Source of the DNA: a virus
Taxonomy: Duplodnaviria; Caudoviricetes
DNA: 39,434 nucleotides
Direction: 5' to 3' (one strand)
IMG/VR virus record: IMGVR_UViG_3300020221_000045
Span: 1 to 39,434 of that record
The position numbers and the translations under genes are program-made. The notes beneath the pieces are model-generated. The model searched no databases. It saw only the letters and a program-made list of their open reading frames with translations, and had not been told where the DNA came from. Shown here piece after piece: positions 27,966-35,380 of this stretch. Position 1 is the stretch's first letter, and every line of letters starts with the position of its first letter.

Positions 27966-27969
27966 AATA

Positions 27970-28069
27970 GTGTATATTCGATCGTTGTATCGAGTATAAC
28001 ACACCTGACTGTTTCAATAGTGAAAAGTCAGTAGTAAATAATAACCTTGCTTTCATAGGAGGATATAAA
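27970..28069 (+). ncRNA. ROSE-like RNA thermometer 5' UTR (three hairpins)
   Basis: Hairpins at 27970-28002, 28005-28031 and 28045-28062. The last is CCUUGCU-uucau-AGGAGG with a bulged G opposite the SD. Confidence 0.6.
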
Positions 28070-28273
28070 ATGATAGCATACATCAATCAAGCGATTGACA
28101 CTCTGTCAAACGCACAAAAGTCTTTTGTTGAAACATTCATCAAAGACTCAAAAGTAGCAGGTTCAGTAAATACAATTATTGACTCTACTCAAACTTTTAG
28201 CAAAACATCAGTAAAATCAGTTCTAGATTATCTAGATTCGATATCGACTGTAATTAGCAAAGGAGGAAAGTAA
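28070..28273 (+). CDS. Small amphipathic helical protein, first gene of the hsp20 operon
   Basis: Strong AGGAGG RBS. Its 3' end carries the AGGAGG RBS for hsp20, and its stop is 1 nt before the hsp20 ATG. Confidence 0.7.
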   Translation: MIAYINQAIDTLSNAQKSFVETFIKDSKVAGSVNTIIDSTQTFSKTSVKSVLDYLDSISTVISKGGK

Positions 28274-28274
28274 T

Positions 28275-28733
28275 ATGGTATATAAACTTCCTTCATTGTT
28301 TAATGATTCATTTTTCAAAGACTTCGATAAGTTTTTCGTAGGATTTGATGACCAATTGGCAAAGTATCACGACATACATGAGTCATTTGGAAAAATGATA
28401 CCAAACTATCCACCATACAACTTAAAAAAAGTTGACGAGAACAAATATGTAATCGAAGTGGCAGTAGCTGGATTCGCAAAATCAGATATTGAAATCACAT
28501 TAGAAGATGACAAGTTAATCATCAGAGGTGAATCAAAATCTGATAGTGAGAAATCAGAATCAAAAGATGTTGAGTTATACAAAGGTATAGCAAATCGTGC
28601 TTTCGAAAGATCGTTTGCACTATCTGAGAATATCGAAGTAAAAGATGCTCAATACTTAAATGGTATGTTAAAAGTTATTCTTGAAAGAATAATCCCAGAA
28701 CATAAAAAGCCAAAAAAGATAGCAGTAAAGTAA
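28275..28733 (+). CDS. hsp20: Small heat-shock protein (IbpA-like alpha-crystallin)
   Basis: NYPPYN, IEVAVAGF, YKGIA.R.FER.F.L, A...NG.L.V.LER.IPE.KKP..I motifs. Confidence 0.95.
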   Translation: MVYKLPSLFNDSFFKDFDKFFVGFDDQLAKYHDIHESFGKMIPNYPPYNLKKVDENKYVIEVAVAGFAKSDIEITLEDDKLIIRGESKSDSEKSESKDVELYKGIANRAFERSFALSENIEVKDAQYLNGMLKVILERIIPEHKKPKKIAVK

Positions 28734-28743
28734 TATTGCTAAA

Positions 28744-28781
28744 AATGGTGGGGTGTTTATTCACTCCACCATTCTTTATTT
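28744..28781 (+). terminator. Terminator after hsp20
   Basis: AATGGTGGGGTG-tttatt-CACTCCACCATT followed by CTTTATTT. Confidence 0.75.
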
Positions 28782-28790
28782 AATTAAACA

Positions 28791-28964
28791 ATGTCTTTTA
28801 AAGATTGTATTTTTCATTTAACTTGTATTGGCATTCAATGCTGTTTACTTAAACAATGCAAGTGCGAGGAATCGTACAATCTTGAAAAAGAATATCCAAC
28901 ACCAGATAAATCAATTAAAACCCCATCAGAAGAACTACAAGAACAATTAGAACCAATTTTTTAA
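28791..28964 (+). CDS. Small Cys-rich hypothetical protein (57 aa, not in ORF track)
   Basis: MSFKDCIFHLTCIGIQCCLLKQCKCEESYNLEKEYPTPDKSIKTPSEELQEQLEPIF. It fills the gap between the terminator and the next promoter but has no clear RBS. Confidence 0.45.
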   Translation: MSFKDCIFHLTCIGIQCCLLKQCKCEESYNLEKEYPTPDKSIKTPSEELQEQLEPIF

Positions 28965-28967
28965 CTA

Positions 28968-28996
28968 TTTACTTACAATTATTTTTATAGTATAAT
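28968..28996 (+). promoter_or_regulatory. Sigma70-type early promoter
   Basis: TTTACT (28968-73), 17 bp, TATAAT (28991-96). Confidence 0.85.
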
Positions 28997-29006
28997 ATTA
29001 TCCATT

Positions 29007-29324
29007 ATGTCGGAAAATAAAAATCAAATAAGAATAATTGTATTATTATCAGGACAACAGCTAATCGCAAAAGTCCTTGATGAAGATAAACACAATGTTA
29101 TATTAGATAAACCAGCGATTATAATGACACAGATGGACGATGGTAAAGGAAAATTCCAATTAGGACTTGCACCATTTTTACCATACTCTAAAGATGCATC
29201 ATTTTCAATTAAAACTAATATAATTGTAAACATATCAACACCAGTCGAGGCACTTGCAAACGAATATAATCGTATGTTTGGTTCTGGTTTGGATATTATA
29301 ACAAAACCATCTTTAATAGTGTAA
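29007..29324 (+). CDS. Conserved T4-like hypothetical protein (possible Sm-like fold)
   Basis: I.L.SG..LIA, L.KP..I, GLAPFLPYS, P...L.NEY..MFGSGL..PS..L pattern. Usual position after hsp20. Confidence 0.7.
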   Translation: MSENKNQIRIIVLLSGQQLIAKVLDEDKHNVILDKPAIIMTQMDDGKGKFQLGLAPFLPYSKDASFSIKTNIIVNISTPVEALANEYNRMFGSGLDIITKPSLIV

Positions 29325-29334
29325 TTAAAGGAAC

Positions 29335-29363
29335 TTTACTTCCAAGTATTTTTATGATATAAT
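29335..29363 (+). promoter_or_regulatory. Sigma70-type early promoter (extended -10)
   Basis: TTTACT (29335-40), 17 bp, TG-a-TATAAT (29358-63). Confidence 0.8.
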
Positions 29364-29416
29364 ATACGGAGTAAAGTAAAAAATAACAATTATAATATAG
29401 ATAGGAGAAATATATA

Positions 29417-29767
29417 ATGACTATATTAAAAAGAGTGTTCGGTAGATCTGCTAAATCAAATGCAGGAAGACCAGCATTATCGAAAAAGCAAAGAGTGTTA
29501 AACCTTTTAAGTAAAGGTGAAAACGTTGCTTGGCAGACTTTAAGAAACAGATTTGATCTTGAATCTCCAAGAGCGATGATTGACACTTTAAGAGCAGAAG
29601 GAAATATGATTTATGGCAATAAAGTTGCTGGTAAAACATATTACAGACTCGGCAATCCAACTAGAGCAATTATTGCTGCAGGGATTGAAGCTTTATATGG
29701 TACGAAGTTCAAATATTCAAACTGGAAAAATCCAGTGAGAAAAGCTGAATTAGCACCAATTAACTAA
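29417..29767 (+). CDS. Putative winged-HTH DNA-binding protein
   Basis: SKKQRVLNLL.KG......LRNRF....PRA.I..LR.EG..IY.N....YRLG.P pattern, basic composition, AGGAG RBS. Confidence 0.65.
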   Translation: MTILKRVFGRSAKSNAGRPALSKKQRVLNLLSKGENVAWQTLRNRFDLESPRAMIDTLRAEGNMIYGNKVAGKTYYRLGNPTRAIIAAGIEALYGTKFKYSNWKNPVRKAELAPIN

Positions 29768-29774
29768 TTAAAGA

Positions 29775-29891
29775 ATTTACTGAGAGGTAAGGATCGGTCC
29801 TGCCCTCGCCAGTAAATAGTGGTGTGCCTTTATCTTCTTCTTCTTAGAAATGAAGAAATTTGTTATGTGCCTTCAAATGTGGCACACCACT
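29775..29891 (+). other. Structured intergenic element upstream of gp43
   Basis: Stem ATTTACTG/CAGTAAAT (29775-29817), and an 11-bp stem AGTGGTGTGCC/GGCACACCACT (29818-29891) enclosing an internal TTCTTC/GAAGAA hairpin. Confidence 0.6.
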
Positions 29892-29937
29892 CTTTTAAAC
29901 TAAAAAAGTACAGCGATATATTCGCGAGAACAAAATT

Positions 29938-32436
29938 ATGTCAATAGGCAAATTCTACACAAACGTCACAGCATCAACCAACGAAATTCTCGTAAGATCC
30001 ATCAGTAATGGTGGCACACATCATTTAGAACGAATTCCTTTTAAACCTCATTGTTATATTACCAAAGGCAAAGGTGATACAGCATTTAAAACATTAGATG
30101 GTAAACCTGCATATAGAGTTAATTTTGACTCTATGAAACACGCAAAGACATTCTTTGAAGAGTTTAAGAGTGTATCTAATTTTGACGTTCATGGTCTTTT
30201 ATCATTCACTCACCAATATATTGCAGAAACTTATCCAGAATCAAATATAGATTTTGATTATTATAAGATTAAAATTTATTCATTAGATATAGAAACTACT
30301 ACAGAAACTGGTTTTCCAGATCCTTTAAATCCAGTTGAAGAAATAATACTTCTCTCAATTCAAGATATTCATTCAAAAAAAATAATCACTTGGGGTACTC
30401 ATAGATACACAGGTGAACGTAAAGATATAGAATATCGTGCATTTCCAAATGAAAAAGAAATGCTTGCTGATTTTATAAAATGGTGGAGTAAGAATACACC
30501 AGATATTATTACTGGTTGGAATGTTGCTGCATTTGATACAGTTTATCTTTATAAAAGAATATTACATTGTCTTGGAGAAAATACAGCTAAAAAATTAAGT
30601 CCATGGAACTACATCAACACTAAAACAATCTCTGTAAGAAATAAAGGAATAACTTATTATGATTTTGAAGGGATCTCTCTTCTTGATTATATGACATTAT
30701 ATAAAAAATATACTTATTCAAGTAGAGAATCTTACAAACTAGTTGATATTTGTCAAGATGAATTAGGTATCACTAAATTGAATCATGATGAATATGCATC
30801 ATTCAAAGAATTCTATACAAAAAATTGGAATAAATTTGTTGATTATAATATAAGAGATACAGAATTAATTACTCTTCTCGAAGATAAAATGCGTCTTTTA
30901 GAATTAATTATAACTTTTGCTTATACTGCTAAAGTAAATTACACAGATGTATTTTCTCAAACAAGAACTTGGGATATGATTATTCATAATCATTTACTTG
31001 ATGATAAAATTATTATTCCACCAAAAAGACCTTTAGATAAAAAGAGTTCGATATTTGAAGGAGCATTTGTTAAAGATCCAATCATTGGTATGCATAATTG
31101 GGTAGTTGGATTTGACTTAACATCTCTATATCCACATCTAATAATGCAATATAATATTTCACCAGAAACTATTTTAGATAAAAAATACACTTCAGGAGTT
31201 GAACATTATTTAAACAATACACCAACATTCGAACCAAATGAAATAGTTGCTGCCAATGGTACTGTTTATAACAAGGAAATTTTAGGAATTTTCCCAAGAG
31301 TTATGGATAAAATTTATAAAAGTAGATTTACTGCTAAGAAACAAATGCTAGAAGCTGAAAAGGAATTTCAAAAAACAAAAGATCCAAAATTTAAAAAGAT
31401 TATTTCAAAGTATAATAATTTACAAATGGCTACGAAGATTGCACTGAATAGTGCATATGGTGCTATGGGAAATGAATACTTTAGATATTTTGATGTTCGT
31501 ATGGCTGAAGCAATTACATTATCAGGACAATTAGCTATTCGATGGATTCACAATAAGATGAATGAGTTTTTAAATAAAATTTTAAAAACAGAAAATAAAG
31601 ATTATATCATAGCTGTTGATACAGATTCAATATATGTAAACTTTGATAAAGTAGTTGAACGTGCATTTCTTGATATACCTGAAAAGATTAAAGTAGTACA
31701 GTTTATTGATAAGATATGTGAAGAGAAATTTATACCATATATGAATACTTGCTTTGAAGAATTAGCAAAGAGACATAATGCATCAAATAGAATGATAATG
31801 AAACGTGAAAGCATTTCTGATAAGGGTATATGGACTGCTAAAAAGAGATATGTATTATCAGTTTACGATCAAGAGGGTGTTTCATATTCTACACCAAAAT
31901 TTAAAGTAATGGGATTAGAACTTGTTAAATCAAGTACACCACTTGTTGTTCGTAAAAAACTTAAAGATGCTTTACCAACAATTATGTATGGGAATCAATA
32001 TGAACTTTTTAATTTTATTTCTAATTACAAAAAAGAATTCTTTAACTTATCGCCAGAAGAGATAGCATTTCCTCGTTCTTGTCAGGGAATAAATCATTAT
32101 GCAAGCGAAGCCAAAATTTATAAATTGTCAACACCTATGCATACAAGAGGTGCTTTAATTTATAATCATTATCGTAAGAAACATCATTTGATGAAAAAGA
32201 TACAAGAGATAAAAGAGGGTGATAAGATTAAATTTATTTCTTTAAAAACACCAAATCCATTACAATCAGAAAATTGTGTTGCATTCTTAGATAAACTTCC
32301 GATTGAGTTTAATGTCCATAAGTATATTGATTATGATACGATGTTTCAAAAAGTATTTTTAGATGCTTTGAAGCTAATTATTACACCATTAGGATGGAAA
32401 ACTGAAGAAGAAAGCACTTTAGAAAATTTCTTTTGA
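29938..32436 (+). CDS. gp43: Family B DNA polymerase
   Basis: Exonuclease motifs DIET, TGWN..FD, YNI.D. Polymerase motifs FDLTSLYPH, K...NS.YG, DTDS, KKRY. Uninterrupted. Confidence 0.98.
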   Translation: MSIGKFYTNVTASTNEILVRSISNGGTHHLERIPFKPHCYITKGKGDTAFKTLDGKPAYRVNFDSMKHAKTFFEEFKSVSNFDVHGLLSFTHQYIAETYPESNIDFDYYKIKIYSLDIETTTETGFPDPLNPVEEIILLSIQDIHSKKIITWGTHRYTGERKDIEYRAFPNEKEMLADFIKWWSKNTPDIITGWNVAAFDTVYLYKRILHCLGENTAKKLSPWNYINTKTISVRNKGITYYDFEGISLLDYMTLYKKYTYSSRESYKLVDICQDELGITKLNHDEYASFKEFYTKNWNKFVDYNIRDTELITLLEDKMRLLELIITFAYTAKVNYTDVFSQTRTWDMIIHNHLLDDKIIIPPKRPLDKKSSIFEGAFVKDPIIGMHNWVVGFDLTSLYPHLIMQYNISPETILDKKYTSGVEHYLNNTPTFEPNEIVAANGTVYNKEILGIFPRVMDKIYKSRFTAKKQMLEAEKEFQKTKDPKFKKIISKYNNLQMATKIALNSAYGAMGNEYFRYFDVRMAEAITLSGQLAIRWIHNKMNEFLNKILKTENKDYIIAVDTDSIYVNFDKVVERAFLDIPEKIKVVQFIDKICEEKFIPYMNTCFEELAKRHNASNRMIMKRESISDKGIWTAKKRYVLSVYDQEGVSYSTPKFKVMGLELVKSSTPLVVRKKLKDALPTIMYGNQYELFNFISNYKKEFFNLSPEEIAFPRSCQGINHYASEAKIYKLSTPMHTRGALIYNHYRKKHHLMKKIQEIKEGDKIKFISLKTPNPLQSENCVAFLDKLPIEFNVHKYIDYDTMFQKVFLDALKLIITPLGWKTEEESTLENFF

Positions 32437-32437
32437 A

Positions 32438-32450
32438 TAAGTTATTGATT
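32438..32450 (-). promoter_or_regulatory. IHF-consensus box
   Basis: TAAGTTATTGATT is the reverse complement of AATCAA-TAAC-TTA. Confidence 0.55.
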
Positions 32451-32477
32451 TTAAACACTTTTATTTTGCTCGAAAGC

Positions 32478-32506
32478 TTTACTTTTTAGGGTTTTTATAG
32501 TATAAT
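32478..32506 (+). promoter_or_regulatory. Sigma70-type early promoter
   Basis: TTTACT (32478-83), 17 bp, TATAAT (32501-06). Confidence 0.8.
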
Positions 32507-32515
32507 AGTAGGTAT

Positions 32516-32737
32516 ATGATTAATAAAAGTGTAATAACAGATGCTGATATAGATGTTTCTGTAAAAGTATGTAAACATTTACTCATAGATATAATGAAAG
32601 ATATTGAGTATTTACAGGCAAAGAAAACAGACGCAGAAAATTGGCTAACTGACAGTGAATTTCAAGAACTACAAGATGCTCGTGTATTCGCTGATTCTTT
32701 AAAGACAACGATTAATTATATGGAAAGTATAAAATAA
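32516..32737 (+). CDS. Hypothetical protein
   Basis: First ORF after the promoter, with helical composition. Confidence 0.65.
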   Translation: MINKSVITDADIDVSVKVCKHLLIDIMKDIEYLQAKKTDAENWLTDSEFQELQDARVFADSLKTTINYMESIK

Positions 32738-32764
32738 CTAAATGATGAAAGGCACTAATATAAT

Positions 32765-33481
32765 ATGACTACAATGACATTTAATGGTGAAATCCCATTA
32801 TCTTATAGAGAAAAAATTAATCTTAAAAAACGAAGTAATTGGGATGAACAAAGTATTCTTCCTGATGCAGAAGATATAAAATTTGCTGATTTAATTGATG
32901 CATCATGGGGTAATTCTCAAAAACAAAGAGAAATGAATGAGTATGTTGCAAAACGTCTTAATGAAAATGAGCATTTTGTTAAAATGTGTGGTGAAATTAC
33001 TCATACTACGAAAGACAGTAAATCAAGAATAGATGGTGTAAATAAAGATTATATATTTGAATTCAGATCTAGAAATTTTAACTTATTTGCTAATGATGGA
33101 CTTTACTGTTGGAAAGTGGACAAGAATGACAGATGTATGTTGTGCACATTAAGTAAATATGATAGTTTGCGTAAATACAGAGAACAAGGTAAAAAACCAT
33201 TGTATATAAGTTTTTTATATGGAGGACACTTTATATTAAATGATTATACTACTTTTGAAGATTCAACTTTTGAACTTTTTAAAACATCAAAACTTAAAAA
33301 TGGTAAATTAAGATATTTTGATCCTAATATGAAAATACGAAATGGTGGTGGTCGTGATGATAAAGAAATGAATTATTATCTTCCATTTCATATGAGCAAA
33401 ATTTTTGTTAATAAAAATAAAATGCCATCAAATCATCAAATTGGTAAACTTGCTTTTAACAACCCTAATGTATATGTTTAA
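32765..33481 (+). CDS. Hypothetical protein, possible PD-(D/E)xK nuclease fold
   Basis: Upstream helix E..E, then SRIDG....IFEFRSR, resembling D-x7-E-x-K with Arg in place of Lys. Confidence 0.4.
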   Translation: MTTMTFNGEIPLSYREKINLKKRSNWDEQSILPDAEDIKFADLIDASWGNSQKQREMNEYVAKRLNENEHFVKMCGEITHTTKDSKSRIDGVNKDYIFEFRSRNFNLFANDGLYCWKVDKNDRCMLCTLSKYDSLRKYREQGKKPLYISFLYGGHFILNDYTTFEDSTFELFKTSKLKNGKLRYFDPNMKIRNGGGRDDKEMNYYLPFHMSKIFVNKNKMPSNHQIGKLAFNNPNVYV

Positions 33482-33725
33482 ATTTATATTTAGAATTTTA
33501 TTAGTGTTTTGTGTAATCTTTACAGTGCATAGTCTTGCTCGTAAGAATACAACATATAATAATGTGGTACTAAATTTGATGCCAAATAGTTGTGATCGTG
33601 ATTGTAAGAAAAAACTATTTGAAGCTGAGATGGAAGACTCAATGCAACAAATGGCAAGAAGTATAATGTCAGAGTTGTTATATCAAACTAAAAAACTAAC
33701 AGAGGAGAGAACTAATGGGAAATAA
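33474..33725 (+). CDS. Hypothetical membrane-anchored or exported protein
   Basis: Probable start MFKFIFRILLVFCVIFTVHS, with a CDRDC motif. Confidence 0.55.
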   Translation: MFKFIFRILLVFCVIFTVHSLARKNTTYNNVVLNLMPNSCDRDCKKKLFEAEMEDSMQQMARSIMSELLYQTKKLTEERTNGK

Positions 33726-34119
33726 AGACTTTTCATATAAACAAAAAGCACATGTTTCACCACAAACAGATTTTAGAAAACTGCATAGAAAACAAGATTT
33801 AATTGGTGCTTTTATATTCGCTGTTATCTTGATTATTATATTGGCTTTTGCACCGAGAGCGATATCTAGTGAAACGAAAATAAAAGATGAAATTACAGCT
33901 TGGTATGAAGAAACTGGTACAACAATTAAAAACGAATTACTTGGTGTTAGTAATTTTGTATTCAGCATTCCTGAAAATGTAGGTGGTGGTTTGCTTAATT
34001 ATTGGGAGGAAGTAAAGAAGTATCAAAATGAATCTTGGGCGAAAGCAAGAGAAGAAAATCCAAAAGTGTATTCAGTATTTGATAAATTTTTAGATATATT
34101 TAAAAAAAATGATGAATAA
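33715..34119 (+). CDS. Hypothetical single-pass membrane protein
   Basis: AGGAG RBS and the TM segment LIGAFIFAVILIIILAFA. Confidence 0.65.
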   Translation: MGNKDFSYKQKAHVSPQTDFRKLHRKQDLIGAFIFAVILIIILAFAPRAISSETKIKDEITAWYEETGTTIKNELLGVSNFVFSIPENVGGGLLNYWEEVKKYQNESWAKAREENPKVYSVFDKFLDIFKKNDE

Positions 34120-34300
34120 TATATTAATTAAAACTGTTCAAGATCTAGATGATGTAAGAGATTATATCGAAAATGGTATGATGATTGCAGCAAAAACTAG
34201 AATTAATCTGATTAAAAGAGATTTATTAAAAGAATCTAAAAAAGAAAATAAAATTAGAGGCAAATTAACAGTAATCAGAAGAAAGGGAAACCACTGCTAA
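34109..34300 (+). CDS. Small basic hypothetical protein
   Basis: Overlaps both neighbours. Confidence 0.5.
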   Translation: MMNNILIKTVQDLDDVRDYIENGMMIAAKTRINLIKRDLLKESKKENKIRGKLTVIRRKGNHC

Positions 34301-34692
34301 TGAAAAAATTCGCACGTTTAACTGTATTCTATATTGTGTTGAGTTTATTTTTGACTCAAAATGCAAAGGCACAATCAATAGTAAGATCTTTCAATTCAGA
34401 TGCGTTTGTCACAGCTTATATTAATGGACATGCATATGGATATAACGCAGACCAAATTAATCGTCACTCTAGACCGAATAATTCCTGTGTTTATGAAAGT
34501 CAAGAAAGAACCAAAGATGGTGTAGTTATTGGCAGAGAAGAAGTAAAACGATGCCACGAAGAAGTAAAAACTGGTGAAAGTCAGTCTTCTTTTATAAAAG
34601 ATTTTATTACATCACCTCTTGGTGAAACATTGATAGTACTAACATCTTCTCTTTTATTACAAAGAGTTGCTGCTGGTGCATCATCTAGATAG
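34300..34692 (+). CDS. Hypothetical exported protein
   Basis: Sec signal MKKFARLTVFYIVLSLFLTQNAKA (AxA site), two Cys, hydrophobic C-terminus. Confidence 0.65.
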   Translation: MKKFARLTVFYIVLSLFLTQNAKAQSIVRSFNSDAFVTAYINGHAYGYNADQINRHSRPNNSCVYESQERTKDGVVIGREEVKRCHEEVKTGESQSSFIKDFITSPLGETLIVLTSSLLLQRVAAGASSR

Positions 34693-34705
34693 AAAGGAGG
34701 AAACG

Positions 34706-35158
34706 ATGAAAAAAATATTATTACTCGGATCGTTCATGTTGTTAGGAGCATGTGCTGGTAGTTTGTCTAAATTAGATGGCAAAGCATCAGTTGACGGAAA
34801 CGAAGATTTAATTAAAGTTGCATCATTAGTATGTAATGAGTTTAAATCTACTGATTCAGTATTATATGGCTGTGGTTCTGGTATATCTTCTGATTTAGAA
34901 TTATCAAAATCAAAAGCGATACTAAATGCTAAAATTGCAGTTGCTGACGTGTTATCAAACAGCTTAACAAAGCAAGAAACATTAGCTACAACTGAAACTA
35001 CAAAGGACGGAGTAAATCGTCAGTATCAGTCAACAGAGAGAAACCAAACATTTGAACAATCCTTATCAAAATATAAAGTTGTTTACGATAAACAATTTTT
35101 AGATCAAGGAAGATTCAGATCTTTTATAGTGATTGAGTATAAAGTAAAATCTCTATAA
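34706..35158 (+). CDS. Lipoprotein, LPP20-like
   Basis: AAGGAGG RBS before ATG 34706, MKKILLLGSFMLLGA-C lipobox, YG.G.G.S.D..LS..KA..NAK..VA pattern. Confidence 0.7.
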   Translation: MKKILLLGSFMLLGACAGSLSKLDGKASVDGNEDLIKVASLVCNEFKSTDSVLYGCGSGISSDLELSKSKAILNAKIAVADVLSNSLTKQETLATTETTKDGVNRQYQSTERNQTFEQSLSKYKVVYDKQFLDQGRFRSFIVIEYKVKSL

Positions 35159-35165
35159 TCCCATC

Positions 35166-35194
35166 TTTACTTGCAATTAAAAATGGGGTATAAT
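35166..35194 (+). promoter_or_regulatory. Sigma70-type promoter for the uvsX-gp41 block, overlapped by a 10-bp inverted repeat
   Basis: TTTACT (35166-71), 17 bp, TATAAT (35189-94). ATGGGGTATA (35183-92) / TATACCCCAT (35200-09). Confidence 0.75.
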
Positions 35195-35218
35195 ATGACT
35201 ATACCCCATAAAAATATT

Positions 35219-35380
35219 ATGAAAACACTGAAACAATTAAAAGAAGATCTAAAGAATTTAGAACAAGAATACGAATTTCAAGCATCCTCTGTTCTTGTAT
35301 CATCAAATAATCTAAAACAAATTCAAGAAGAAATCTACGAATTAAAAGACACAATAACTAAAAGGAGTATTTACAAATGA
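35219..35380 (+). CDS. Small coiled-coil hypothetical protein
   Basis: Upstream starts lie inside the promoter, so ATG 35219 is preferred. ATGA overlap with uvsX. Confidence 0.55.
   Translation: MKTLKQLKEDLKNLEQEYEFQASSVLVSSNNLKQIQEEIYELKDTITKRSIYK

Noticed and set aside
24363-29937. tRNA genes in the GC-rich intergenic stems at 24363-24455 and 29775-29891
   Set aside because: No cloverleaf, no T-loop GTTCRA and no D-loop consensus was found.
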